A DNA stretch of 64,000 bases from the NCBI GenBank assembly GCA_964016885.1, contig OZ024761.1, positions 7,378,001-7,442,000 of the forward strand, written 5' to 3'. This document shows, one piece after another, positions 40,731-55,169 of the stretch (position 1 is the first letter of the stretch; every line of letters starts with the position of its first letter). A program made the translations under genes and the position numbers. The DNA is from Eledone cirrhosa. Its lineage: Eukaryota. A model generated the notes under the pieces. It was not told the DNA's origin and did not search any database. It saw nothing but the letters and a program-made list of their open reading frames with translations.

Positions 40731-42997
40731 ATAATAAATAAAAGTATATATATATAGAGTAATGTAAATGCTAAAGGTTTTAATTCAGAGTGTAAAAAAA
40801 AACACCCAGATCAAATAATGGTTTCTGATTTAGATACAAAGCCAACAATTTTAGGGGAGAGGAAGTTGATTAAATTGACCCCAGTCTATTACCAGTGCTT
40901 TATTTTATTGACCCTGTTAGGATGAAAGACAAATCTAACCTCTGCCAATTCACTCTTCTTAAATATATCAATACTAACTTACCTGTTTTTCTATCTCAAA
41001 CTATTTTTTTGTTCAAATTTTCAATGCTCTCCAAATTCTTTTGCCTTTTTATTGATTTTTTTTACTGTTTTGTGAGAAATGGAAGAGCAGTGCCCATGAC
41101 CCCTTTTTCATGGGTGGGGGAGAAGGTATCTTTATACCTAACCCAAACGCTTGCAACAAAAGGGACTCCACTAAAGACAAACCAACGACCAGACATTGGT
41201 GTTGACCTTTTAGCATTCAAACCAGCCAGAATTCTCTCACTACTTTTTGTTTAAACTGGCTGCTCATACTGACGTTAAGGTATTGTTCTCAAAATCTCGT
41301 AGAGTCGATATTAAGTGAGATAAAGCCTTTACCATGAAAATATAATAGTAAATATAGAGTAATGTAAATGGTAAAGGGTTAAACTAGACATCATTTATCA
41401 TGTCACTGATAGCAAGGGTTGAACATGGTGTCACAGACCAGTTGGAACTCAATCAGAGCTATTGACCTCTCAGGTGAGCTAGAGATTTGTGTCTTACACA
41501 TGATCCTAGACTTCACCAAAAGGATTTTATCGTGTCACCAACACTAAGGAGGTTGTGACACAACTGAGGAATCCACTTGTTAGGCAGGTTTTCTGTGGCT
41601 CAATGCCAACTTCGATAGTGTGTTCTGGGTAACAAATTAAACATCTTTACACTAATGTACCTAACTATCTTTCTTAGCCATATATACTTCAACATTTTTT
41701 TTCATTTAGTTAGTACAACTTGGTAGTTAGTTATATTACTAAATCCCTTCAAATTTTTTAATATAAAAAAAAAATCATTTGAAAAGTTGGTAAAAAAAAA
41801 AGGGGTTCAAATATATATATTTACCTAAAAACCTTCAATCATAGTTTTATATAAGAACCTTTGTTAAGTTATGCTCCAAACACCACAATGAGAAAGTTAG
41901 TTGTATTACTAAATCACTCCAAATTCTTTTAAAACATAATACAATAAGTTAAAGGTTAATATTAACTTACCTCTTATCTATAGTTGTGACAAAAATCTAA
42001 CAGAGGTTCTCAAACTTTTGTCTCCCCCCACCCACGACCAGGTAATACTCTCAGCGGCCCCACCCCTATTTCCAGAGAGACCTATCTACACGCAAATTGT
42101 AAATAAATAAAATCGTTAATTTATATATAATAAATAATATAATATATACTATATAAAAATAAATATAATATCATCTCTATTGCCCCCAGTTTTCTGAAAC
42201 ATAACCATTTTGAAGGGTTCCTATTTAAATTAAAATTTAACAAATTAATTATTTTCGTAGATCCCTCAAAATTCTTCATTAACTCTTTTGATAGCAACCT
42301 GTGCAAAACTTTTAACGGGTTTGAAAACCTTCCAACAATTTTATATAGGACCCATATGTGAAGATACAATGTTGTAATTCATTTTAGTGAATCCCTTAAA
42401 ATTCATTAATTAATTGAAATAGACTGTATTTCACTAGAAGTATTAACAAACAGGGTAACTCTTTTGATGTAAACCTGACCAAAACTACTCATTTTAAAGG
42501 GTCCCTATTTATATTAAAATCTTCCAACAATTTTATATCAGAAACATATGTTAAGTTTTTATCTTAATATTGATGAAATATTTAATAATTTTAGTAAATT
42601 TCTCAAAAGTTTTTATTAATTGAAACAGAGTATATTATTAGAAATGGGGCCACGAAAGAGTTAATAAGGGTCCCTAATTCATATATATATACATCTTCAT
42701 ATGCATACTACACACATACATCTCTATATAGATATACACATACACCTTCATTTAAATACATACATATTCCATATACACACATTCAAATTACATAAATACA
42801 CACACATACAAATTGCATATATACACACACACACAAATTGCATATATACACACACACACATACATATTCCATACAAAAAGACGAGATGCTGGTAACCAGG
42901 ACCTGTTATCAAACTGTATCTCACACTTTAAAGAAACTTAAGTGTAGTTATTTTTTTAAAACATGTAAACTATTTCATACATACATACATACATATA

Positions 42998-43252
42998 CAG
43001 TATACCCCCGCCATGGAATTTTCATCAGAACCTAACTAATAATTGTTTGTGAAAACCGCCGCATATTCACAGAATCGTAAACATCTTCTGCGATTTTTTT
43101 AATGGTATTTTTTGTGGCAATGTTTTTTAATGATAAGGCCTATAATTTTTAATTATATTTTGCTGTTTATAGACCATATTCAATATTCGCAGTTTTTCAC
43201 TCTTCACAAGTGCTCTAAGAACATAACCCCTCTCAATACTGGGGAACAACTG
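42998..43252. mobile_element. TA-flanked Tc1/pogo-type MITE (second copy at 60668-60903)
   Basis: TA-CAGTATACCCCC…GGGGAACAACTG-TA termini; interior shared with the 60668 copy. Confidence 0.7.
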
Positions 43253-43509
43253 TATATATTTTTCAGACAATTCACTGATTTATTTTTCAATCACAATCAT
43301 TAAATTAAAATAATAATAATAATAACCGCCAAGGATAGCTTTGTTTTGTGTCTTTTATTTGAATATTTTCTTCTTTATTTTGACTAAATAAATCAACTGC
43401 AATTTGCAATAGTTTTGTTTTTATTTGTTACTAGGATATGTTTAAATTACTTAAAATGTTTATGTTTTAATATTGAGAGGAGACTGACTGTACATAACAT
43501 GATATATAA

Positions 43510-43688
43510 TTGTTTCTACTTTTGGCACAAGGCCAGCAGTACATTACTGGTACTTTATTTTATCGACCCCGTAAGGATGAAAGGCAAAGTTAACCTCGGC
43601 AGGATTTGAACTCAGACCGTAAAGGGCCGTAACCTTATGCTGCAAAGCATGGCATCCGACCCTCTACCGATACTGCTAATCCACCGCC
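43510..43688 (-). mobile_element. tRNA-derived SINE
   Basis: Reverse complement of the 19529 copy. Confidence 0.85.
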
Positions 43689-44535
43689 ATTATAATATAA
43701 TATACATATGATATGATATATAATTTAAGTTACACAAAATAGAGATATTGGACTTAACATTCTATAACAATGATAAACAGCCTAGGATTAATAATGAAAA
43801 CATTTTTTTTCCTTTCACTCAACAATTCTAATATTTCTCACCACGTGACTTACCATGGACTAGTCTCCAGCCTCCCACAGTTGAAGGCAATACTCTTCTA
43901 CTAGACACCAGCCTGTCACAGAAGCTGCTTGTTAGCTTTCAGGCTGAGTCAACTGGAAGCATCATAAACTTAAGTGTTTTGCTGAAGGACACAACATACC
44001 ATCCGACACAGGAATTGAACTCACAACTTATTGACCATCAGCCAAGCACTCTAACCACTAAGACATGCACTAAACAGCCCAGTCCAAGAATTAAATCTAC
44101 AACTTTATAATTGTTAGCCAAAAGCCCCGACCACTAAACCACACACATAGATAATATAAACTAATTTAATTAATTAAGAAAAATTTCATTCACTAATTAA
44201 CATGGCAACTATTTAGAAAAAAATAAGGATTTTTTTTTTAAAGTAAGAACAGTAATGGAGCTGGTAGTTAGATCAGACTGAGGAAAGAATGTTTCCATTG
44301 GTGATATTATATCAGTCACAACTCCTGACAGAAGAAAGGAGCTGATCATCAGATCAGACCAAGGAAACAATGTTTCCATTGGTGATACTATGTCTGTCAC
44401 AACTTTTCCTATAAGCAGAGGTGGGATTTGAACTCAAAGGTATAAAGCCAGAATAGATACTGCAAATCATCACATCCTACACGGTCCGACTCTTTAATCC
44501 CTACCCCACAGTATGTAGCTGGTACTATACATTAT

Positions 44536-44638
44536 TGTTTCTACTTTAGGCACAAGGCTAGCAATTACCCAGTGCATTACTGGTACTTTATTTTATCGGC
44601 CCCGTAAGGATGAAAGGCAAAGTCAACCTCGGCGGGAT
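44536..44638 (-). mobile_element. Truncated SINE flanked by a 64-bp direct duplication
   Basis: 44474-44537 is identical to 44639-44702. Confidence 0.85.
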
Positions 44639-46604
44639 ATCCTACACGGTCCGACTCTTTAATCCCTACCCCACAGTATGTAGCTGGTACTATACATTAT
44701 TGATCTCTGAACATACGAAAAGACAAGGTGACCGTAGCAGGAACTCAGACTGCAGAGAGCTAGAACAAATAAATAAGACATGGTAAAGTATAGTATCCAA
44801 CTTCTAATAATTCTGACAGAACATCTCTCAGTATGTGACTGGTACCTTAGTTCAATGACCCACCACAATTCTGAAAAGCTATGCTGACCTCAGCAATATT
44901 TGAAAAACTTAGTACTTCAAGAACTAGAATAAATAAATGAGACACTTCCCAGGTATATGACTGGTATGTCATTTTATGAAAGCTATGTTGAAGTGAGAGC
45001 TGGGATGTGAGAAATCCAACGCCATAACAACACAGCCAATTAACTGTTAATTAAGAAAGAAGGATTACAGACAGGAATATTTTCAAAATAAATGAAGAAT
45101 TTTAAACCAAGATTTCACATCTTAACCCTTTAACATTTACATTACTCTATATATACAGTTGTATTTACACGGTAAAGGCCTTACCTCACATAATATCAAA
45201 TCTATGAAATTTTGGTATTATTCCCTTTGAGAACAATACCGTAACATAAGTATGAGCGGCTGGTTACAGCCGGTTTGAACAGAAAGAGGTGAGAGAATTC
45301 TGGCTGGAAACGGCTGGTTTAAATAGATTTATTTACTACCAGTGAGAAAACTAAAATCATTTTAGGGTCCCGTAGTTTCAAAAGCTTTTTATACACTGTA
45401 CGCGTGTGTATTTAAAAAGAGATATTCAAGTAATATTTATGGACAGTCAAACGTTTAGAGTGGAACCCTAATGACTGGCTTAAACAGTGGCACCCTAACA
45501 CCTCTCCACAAAGAGAACCAGTGAAGGCCTCCATCAAATAGAAGTCAGAAGGGAGGAAGGATGCAAGGCATTTACATTACTCTATATGTACTATTATATT
45601 TTCACAGTAAAGGCTTTACCTCACATAAGATTTACATTACTCTATATATACTATTGTATTTTCATGGTAAAGGCTTTACCTCATAACATTTACATTACTC
45701 TATATATACTATTGTATTTTCATGGTAAAGGCTTTACCTCACATAATATCTCATAGCATTTACATTACTCTATATGTACTATTGTATAATATCAAATCTA
45801 TCAGATTTTGATATTATTTATTTTGAGAACAATACCTTAACATAAGTATGAGCAGCCGGTTATGGCCAGTTTGAACAGAAAGAGGTGAGAGAAGTCTAGC
45901 TGGATACAGCCGGGTTAAAGTCTGTCTCAAGTGGGAAAATGTTTATAAGAGAAATGTGTCGATATCAATATTTCAACTAATTTATTTACAGTTTATTTGT
46001 GCTTCTTCATACAGTATTTTGGGAGTGGAGCGCGAATGTGAGACCCCTCAAAATTAGTACCCATGGAATAGTCAACAGCAGAAACGTCACCTCAGAACAA
46101 AATGTTAAACAATTTCTCTTTTACAAGTGTATGTATGGTAATTAGAGTTTTTGAAGGGAGAGGGGAGGGGAATATCATCATCATCATTTTACGTCCGCTT
46201 TTTCCTGCTTGCAAGGGTGGGACGGGAACTGATTCTGGCTTGATTTCTACAGCTGGATGCCCTTCCTAACACCAACCTCATTTACAGTGAGTGCTGGGTG
46301 CTTTTTTGCCATGGAACCTCCACGACCACTTTGCAGTGGGATGATAGGGACCCCAGCCCCTATCATCTCATTTCTACAGCTGAAGGAAACAACACATCAC
46401 CCGGTCTGAGAATTGAACTCACAACCTTTCGATTGCAAGGCTAATGCTCTAACCACTAAGCCATGTGCCATACATGGTTTTGAATTCCTCATAACAGGAC
46501 AACTTGTCTATCCCATGATAGCGGGGGAACATGGATGTTAAACGGTGATGATATATACATGTATCTATATATAATATATATAGAGAGATTTAAAAGAGAC
46601 AAAG

Positions 46605-46828
46605 TCAGTGTTGCAGCATATGTACAACCTATATTTGTATATTACAATTGTTTCAATATCGCTCAGGGTATAATCAAGGGACGGGGCCTGTTTCTTTTTA
46701 TAAGCTCGCATATCTGACGAAATATCAAAACAGAGTTGGGCCCCATTATCTTGATTGTACCCTGAGCTGATCGATATTGAAACGATTGTAATATACAAAT
46801 ATAGTTTGTACATATGCTGCAACACTGA
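46605..46828. mobile_element. Fold-back PLE-like terminus
   Basis: ~75-bp inverted arms TCAGTGTTGCAGCATATGTAC…/…GTACATATGCTGCAACACTGA. Confidence 0.8.
46708..46796 (+). ncRNA. Type I hammerhead ribozyme motif with extended stem II
   Basis: gcatat-CTGACGA-aatatc…gatatt-GAAA-c(gatt)g-TA/atatac; predicted cleavage after 46790. Confidence 0.7.
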
Positions 46829-47118
46829 ACTCGACTTAAATCTATTTACACTCTGCACACAACAACCATAACACTGCAACACAATCCAAATGAAACAGAC
46901 CACATGACAGCTGTCACAACACATATATAGGCACCTCAGCACTGTACACATTTCATTATTTATCTATTAATATATATATATATATATTGCAGAGTGCACA
47001 TAACTGAATATATTTAATTATGTAATAACACAACCCTGTCTGAACATTCATTTGTGAGTAGATATATATCTGTATACACACACATCTCTATATACATACA
47101 TGCTTATAAAAGTGTGTA

Positions 47119-47150
<32 letters not shown>

Positions 47151-47228
47151 AAGAGAGAGAGAGAGAGAGAGAGAGAGATACACACATACACATAAGGGTA
47201 TATATACAAACATGCCTATATATGTGTG

Positions 47229-47276
<48 letters not shown>

Positions 47277-47356
47277 CACACACATATATACACACTCACT
47301 GAACACTTTGGTAAATTAATTGCTTGGAAACAATAAAATGACAATATATATAAGCT

Positions 47357-47440
47357 CTATATCTGAAGTAGTGTTAAGAGTCGGGATCCGATCGGACGAT
47401 CAAACCCGAGCTAATTGATACAGAAACAATTGTTATATGA
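47357..47440 (+). ncRNA. Degenerate hammerhead motif with extended stem II
   Basis: atat-CTGAAGT-a-gtgttaa…tcggg…cccga…ttgatac-a-GAAA-c(aatt)g-TT/atat. The core A9 is altered. Confidence 0.45.
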
Positions 47441-48429
47441 AGTTTATAAAAAGCTGCAATTCTTATTGTCACTTTATATACACTCTGCAAACAACAGCCA
47501 CTGGTCAAGTGCTTCGACCAGCGGCACCACTAGTAACCACAAGTTACTCACATAATAACCTATATTTATATATACATACACACACACACATGCACTAATC
47601 TCTCTCTCTCTATATATATATATGAAAAAGACAATATATATCCGTATATGTATGTTATGGATTTCAAGAAAAAAATAAAAATAAATAAATAAAAAAATAA
47701 TACAATAAAAATGTTTAAGTCTTGAATACTTAAGAATTTCTTTTTCTTTCTTTCATAATTTTATATTTCAATTTCTTTATTTCATTCCTGTTCTTGAAAT
47801 TTTTTCTTCATCCACTAAACTACTGTGTTGTTTCTTTCTTGACAAAGCGGAAGCCATTTTGTTTTTGTTTTTCTTACAAAGTAAATTGAGAGAAAATAAA
47901 ATGCCAGAAGACATGTTTAGTTATGAAAAAGACGGAGATGTTGCTAGAACATAAAATGGTTCTTTCATTAACCCTTTAGCATTTAAATTGGCCATATCAG
48001 GCCAGAATTCTTTCACTTCAAACCGGCTGTTCATACTGACGTTAAGGTAATATTCTTAAAATAATATTAACCCTTTAGCATTTAAACCAGCTGTAACCGG
48101 TCGATCATACTGATGTTAAGGTATTCTCAAAATCTCATAGATTCAATATTATATGAGATAAAGCCTTTACCATGAAAATATAATAGTATATATAGAGTAA
48201 TGTAAATGTTAAAGGGTTAAATGAAGGATGGTTTGGGGCTTTGTCTTTTTCCTTCCAAATACACACACACGTTCACACAAAGGTGTGCGTGTGCGTGTGT
48301 GAAATATCAGCCAACTCTAAAATTATAAAAAAGAAAATACCAGCAAGCTAAAGAAAATTAGATTAAGGAGTGGAAGAATATATATATATATATATGTACA
48401 CACATCATATATATAAATACGTGTATTGC

Positions 48430-48596
48430 AGGTTCAATCGGGAGTAACCACAGTAAGGTACTCAATACATAGTAGAGTATATAGAATATTTAATATAGAA
48501 ATAGCTTCTACAGGACTAGAACTGTTTCATGATGATTTCCTTCAAATGACAGTTCTAGTCCTGTAGAAGCTATTTCTATATTAAATATTCTATATA
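48430..48596 (-). mobile_element. Fold-back PLE-like terminus (relative at 52061-52180)
   Basis: Perfect 48-bp arms at 48478-48525 and 48549-48596. The loop holds an ATGATGA remnant; terminal GAGTACCTT…GGTTACTC motif on the minus strand. Confidence 0.65.
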
Positions 48597-48917
48597 TATA
48601 TATATAGAGAGAGAAAAGTGTGTGTGTATATATGTATAAACATGATTATGTATATACACACACACACACTGTATAAACTCTTGTATTGACAAAACTTCCA
48701 TTTTATAATTTGATTTGAATTAAGGTTTTGTAGCTTCAAAGGCAGTTTTTAACTGATTCCATAGCACACAAAATTTAAAAAAAAAAAAGTGCAAACCACA
48801 CCAACACACCTTTACGTATATATTCCGACTTTTTTGAAAATTTTTTTTAAAGAAAATAGCAATTATTTAAATATTGATGCAAAATAAGATAGAAATAAGA
48901 ATAATAATAGTAATAAT

Positions 48918-50585
48918 TGTTTCTACTTTTGGCACAAGGCCAGCAATTACTCCAGTACATTACTGGTACTTTATTTTATCAACCCCGTAAGGATGAAAGG
49001 CAGGATTTGAACTCAGATCATAAAAAAGTGCCTTAACTAAAAATACAGCAAAACACTTTGTCCAATGCTCTAATGCCCCCCCCCCCCCCCAATAATAGTG
49101 GTTACTCATTTAGGCACAGGGCCAACAATTTTGGGGGAGGGGAAAGTGGATTAAATTGAACCAGTGTATTACTGGTACTTTATTTTATCGTCCCCATAAG
49201 GATGAAAGGTAAAGCATAACAGAATGCACCACCCTGATGATGATAATAATAATAATTGTTTCTACTTTTGACACAAGGCCAGCAATTTTTGAGGAAGGAA
49301 AAGTCGATTAAATTGACCCCACTGAATTACTGGTACTTTATTTTGTTGACCCCGAAAGGATGAAAGGTAAAGCTAACCGTGCCATGATTTAGACTCAGTA
49401 TGTAAAGGGCCGTAACTGTGTGCCACAAATACTACCAATCCACCACCCTCACAAGATAAAGGGCCGTAACTGTGTGCCACATAGCTTGTCTGACACTACT
49501 GATTACTACCACCCTCACAAGACAATGTAAAGGGCCGTAACTGTGTGCCACTACTGATTACTACCAATCCACCACCCTCACAACACAATGTAAAGGGCCG
49601 TAACTGTGCCACTACTGATTACATTGTCTTGTGAGGGTGGTGGATTGATAGTAAAGGGCTGTAACTGTGTGCCACATAGCATGCCTGACACGACTGATTA
49701 CTACCAATCGACCACCCTCACAAGACAATGTAAAGGGCCGCAACTCTACGGCACAAAGCATGTTGTCTGACACTTCTGTTTACTGCCAATCCACAATAAC
49801 AATAGTTTCCCATTTAAACAAAAGGCCAGCACAATTTTTTCCTCCAGGTGAAATCAACCCCAGAAAGATGAAAGATAAAATGAACTTGAGGTGAGATTTA
49901 GAACACAACATATGGAGTCATGATGAAATACAGCAGTGTTGGTGTTCAACGCTGCCAATCAACTATATAATAATTGCTTCTACTTTTGGCACAAGGCCAA
50001 CAATTACCACCAGTGTATTACTGGTACTTCCGTAAGGATCAAACTTAACTTCGGTGAGATTTGAACTCAGACCGTAACTTTATGCTACAAAGCATAGCAC
50101 CAGACCCTCTACCGATAGTGCCCCTATATAATAATTGTTTCTACTTTAGGCACAAGGCCGGCAATTACCCAGTGCATTACTGGTACTTTATTTTATCGAC
50201 CCTGTAAGGATGAAAGGTAAAGTCAACCTCGGCGGGATTTGAACTCAGATCGTAAAGGGACAATAATATTGACTTTTCTAATTTACATACAAGGTCAACA
50301 TTTTATGGGGAGGTGAAAATTGATTATGTTAACCTCAGTATTTTACTGGTATTTTATTTTTATCAAACCTAGAAAAATGAAATAATAGTTGTTTCAGATT
50401 TAGCCACAAGGCCATCAATTTGGGGTGGGGGTGGGGTGGAATTCGATTAAATCGACTCCAGTGCATTACTGGTACTTTATTTTATTGACCCCGTAAGGAT
50501 GAAAGGCAAAACTAACCTCGGCGGGATTTGAACTCAGAACGTAAAAGGCCACAACTCTATGCTGCAAAGCATGGTGTCTGACGCA
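48918..50585 (-). mobile_element. Cluster of tandem and partial SINE copies
   Basis: Repeated GTTTCTAC…CACAAGGCC…TACTGGTACTTTATTTTAT…GGATGAAAGG blocks, with scrambled sub-repeats at 49395-49760. Confidence 0.85.
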
Positions 50586-51468
50586 CTATACTAAAAAAAA
50601 TCTATGCATTTTACATTTTTTTTAAATCTCCCATAAGACATGAATTATTTTATGGAAACTTAAATAGAAGCCAAGCCCCACCCAGCCTCTCATGACAATT
50701 CAATGTGGGGACAAGGAAATGTGTACAATAATAGAAATTTGTAAATTGCTAGCAAAATAAAGGGATTTAGGCTTGAGGGGCATTTCAAGAGGAAAAAAAA
50801 AAAAGGTAAATTTTCAGCAGATAAATATTTTATCATCATATATATATTTTTGGATTTTGTTTTGTTTATATTTGTTGAAACATTTAAAAAACTTTATTTT
50901 ATATAGACGACGGTGCCCCAGCATGGCCACAACCTGGAACGAGTAAGAGAGTTTTTTTTTTTTAACCATTAAATTGCATTTTATTTTATTTTTTAAATTC
51001 ATTTATTTATGTTGGTTTTTGTTTTAAATACAAACCAGACACCTTGTGCCCCTTCCCCCTCAAAACAAATTCAAATTTTTCATTTAACTTTCTGGGCACT
51101 CTGGGTGCCTTATGTTGTCGATAGAGTTAGCTCCCCTTAATACATAATACTGTGTCAAGGGAAGTAATTCGTAAAAATTCAGCGTGCTAAAGATTAAATT
51201 AAATTTCTTCTCATTTATTTATTTATTACATTATAATTTGATAAGTACAATATATTTAATTAATTATGTTTTTCATTTTTGTCAATTACTTGTTTTTGGT
51301 CTTTGTTATATTTTGAAAAAAATAATTTGCATCAATATATAAAATTGTATGAACATTTATGTGACTTCCGCTTTGTTTAACACCAACACACCATCCTTCC
51401 TGTCTATGGCTGGACTCTGATTAATAATGCAGTATGATATTTATTATGTAAATATATAATATATATAT

Positions 51469-51645
51469 AACACAATATAATTATTTCATTACCGAAGGTT
51501 TCAAGAAATAGATGACTCTCGCAAGGAATATCCAGTTCATTCGTCAGACAAGATAATTATTTTGTCTGACGAATGAACTAGATGTTCTTTGCAAGAATCA
51601 TCTGGTTTCTTAAAATCTTCAGTAATGAAGTAATTATATTGTGTT
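51469..51645. repeat. Diverged palindrome with a CTGACGA core on both strands
   Basis: ~88-bp arms meeting at GATAA/TTATT. The GAAA half is degenerate (GCAA on +, GCGA on -). Confidence 0.75.
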
Positions 51646-52191
51646 GTTTATTATATAATTAGATACCTCTGTACAATACATAGAGCACACTTTCTTTTAC
51701 CTTTTCTACGGAAATACTTACACACACATATATATATGTGCGTGTGTGTATATGAGAGGGAGAGAGAGTGAGTGTGTGAGTGTGTGTATATATATACATA
51801 CACACACACTCACACACTCACTCTCTCTCCCTCTCATATATACACACGCACATACACACACACACATATATATATGTGTGTGTGTGTATATGAGAGGGAG
51901 AGAGTGTGAGTGTGTGTATATATATACACACACACACACACATATGTATATATATATCCAACCCTTGCTAGCAGGGAAAGTGGATATTAAATGATGACAA
52001 TATACATACATCTGTATATGTGAATGTGTGTGTGTATGTATACATATATATATATATTTGTATCCCAGGTTCAATTGGGGGTAACCACAGAAAGTAAAGT
52101 ACTCAATACATTAGAAGAATGTATACAAGATTTAATATAGAAATGGTTCATTCGTAGGAAATCTATATTAAATCCTATATATATAAATAAT

Positions 52192-52376
52192 TGTTTCTAC
52201 TTTTGGCACAAGGCCAGCAATTATTCAGTACATTACTGGTACTTTATTTTATCGACCCCGTAAGGATGAAAGGCAAAGGTAACCTCAGTGGGATTTGAAC
52301 TCAGAATGGAAAGCGCCGTAACTATGCGTCAAAGCATGGCATCCGACCCTCTACCGATACTGCCAATCCACCGCCC
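52192..52376 (-). mobile_element. tRNA-derived SINE
   Basis: Reverse complement of the 19529 copy; further degraded copies at 53310-53700 and 58459-58620. Confidence 0.85.
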
Positions 52377-52417
52377 CTATATATATATAATAATAATATA
52401 TACACATATATAAATAT

Positions 52418-52450
<33 letters not shown>

Positions 52451-53885
52451 CTCACACAAATATAGAAGAGATAGATAAGTGCACAAAGAACCTTCTGTGA
52501 ATTCTAAATTATGAAAAAGAAAGATTGAAAACTGCAGGACTACATAACAGTGATATACGGGGGTTGAAATACTATGTGTTGGACATTTGTTGGTTCCAAC
52601 AATGGTCGTTCTAGTTGTTTCACCATAGAACAGCCTACATATGAAATTTACGTGCAAGTTACTGAGCATTCCATAGATACGTGTATCTTTAACATAGTTC
52701 TCAGGGAGATTCAGCATGACACAGTATGTAGTAAGGGTGGCCCTTTGAATTTCAGGTAGAATCTTGTATTAGTGTAAGTGTCTGAATATTCCACAGACAC
52801 ACACACCTTTAATATAGTTCTCAGGGAGATTTAGTGTATGACAAGGCTCGAGAGTTGAATTACTGGTACAACTCATTTTCACCAGCCAAGTGGACTGGAG
52901 CAACATGAAATAAACTGTCTTGCTCAAGGACACAAGGGGCTACTAGGAACTCAACTCAAGACCTTACCGACATGAGTCAAACACCTTAACCCTAACCCTT
53001 TAACATTTAAACTAGCCATAACCAGCCAGAAATTTCTCACCTCTTTCAGTTAAAAATGGCTGTAACTGGCCACTCATACTGATGTTAAGGTATTGTTCTC
53101 AAAATAAATAATATCAAAATCTGATAGATTCGATATTATGTGAGATAATTATGTAAGATAAAGCCGTTACTGTGAAAATACAATAGTAAATATAGAGTAA
53201 TCTAAATGGTAAAGGGTTAAGGCAAGCACCTTCACACTAATTGCTAGTTCGGGGTTCTTCACATTCTTTAGGGAGTAGCTATAAAAGGCCAATACCAATA
53301 ATTTTTTATTGGTTTAGGCACAAACACAGAGAGGGGAAAGTCGATTAAATCGACCTTAATATATAACTGGTACTTTATTTTATCGACCTTGTAAAGATGA
53401 AAGGAAAAGCTAATCTTGGTAGGATTTGAACTCAGAACATAAAGGGACACAATGCTGCAAAATATGTTGGCCGACGCTCTACCGATCCTACTGCCAATCC
53501 ACTGCCCTAAAATATTGGTTTCTATATTTGGCAGAAGGCCAGAAATTTGATGGGAAGGGAAAGTCAAATCAACCTCAGTATGTGACTGGTACTTTATTTT
53601 AGCAACCCAGAAAGGATGAAAGGCAAAGCTAACTTCAGCTGGATTTGATCGCAGAAAAGCATGTTTGATGCTCTACCGATCCTAGCAATTCACTGCCCTT
53701 AATAACGTTACAGTATGCTAACGGGAGTCTAAATTCACCCACCACTACTCCAACCCTCATTAAAAAGAACACACGAACACCTAAGAATGCAGAGGTGCAC
53801 CAATAAAATATCGCATAAAACTGATGAATAAATAATAACAATAATAATATTGCTCATACAGAAAGAATTTTAATTTCTCTCGTGT

Positions 53886-53924
<39 letters not shown>

Positions 53925-54057
53925 GAAGAAAGAAAAAGAAGAAAACAAATATTTGAAGGGTTTATCAGCATTGATCTGAAGATATGATTAAAATAAAATC
54001 AATTTACTACTTAGTATTGAATTTGTCATTTCATTTCTAGACCCAGAATCCAGCTGG

Positions 54058-54097
<40 letters not shown>

Positions 54098-54445
54098 TTG
54101 TTCCTTTCAAATAATCTGTGTTGGTTGATCCAAACAATCAACCAACTTGGTGTATCAGGAATAAGCACTCCAGGCAAGATAATAAACTGAAGTTAAAGAT
54201 ACAAAACTGCCTCTTCTTTCCTAATATAAGAGTGTGTGTGTGTAAGTGCACATATGTATGTATGTATGTATGTATGTATGTGTATATATACACACACACA
54301 TATATATATATATATCGACACATACACATATAAGTGTATACCTGCATATAACCCTCAGATATTTCTTCAATGGGAATAACAGAAGCGGGAAGGGAGGGGT
54401 CCTTTGGAGTTACAGATAAGCTCCTCTTATATATATATGTGTGTG

Positions 54446-54581
54446 TGTGAATTTCATATATCTAAAGAAATACGGTATGTTTATAAATAAACATGAAAAG
54501 CCACAACTATAAATAGAACACTGGCAGTCAAAATATTTATTTATAAACATATCGTATTTCTTTAGATATATGAAATTCACA
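54446..54581. repeat. Fold-back hairpin next to a TG/TA tract
   Basis: ~46-bp arms TGTGAATTTCATATATCTAAAGAAATACG/CGTATTTCTTTAGATATATGAAATTCACA. Confidence 0.85.
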
Positions 54582-54640
54582 TATTTGTATACGGCCATCA
54601 AAGCTAAATTCTAATTATGTATATATAACATGCACACATA

Positions 54641-54681
<41 letters not shown>

Positions 54682-55169
54682 CACACACAAATCTATAATT
54701 GTTTATTCCTTATTTACTATGACTTGTTTTGTCTTCTATATCGGCAGCGTTCCATAAGAAGAGAGTGCTGGATACAGCAGAGTGGGAAGAGATTTGTGTA
54801 CATCACACCATATCAAAAACTATTTGGCTGAGAGTGAGAGAGGAATGAAAAATATAAAACACAACACTACCACAGTAAATAAATAGAAACTACCCCATAA
54901 ATATATATATATACACAGGTATATGTGTGTGCATATATATATATATATGTACATTTACATACATACATAGATTGTACAAATACACACATAAGTATATACA
55001 TATACTTCATTATTTAATGTTTCATTGGCTTGACAGATATACCAAAATATTTGTGTGTGTGTTGTATTACATCAACACCTTCTGGATTGGCTGCTGCACC
55101 TACTTTGATATTCATCATCAAATATACACACACACACACATGTACATATATATATAAATTGATAGAGGT

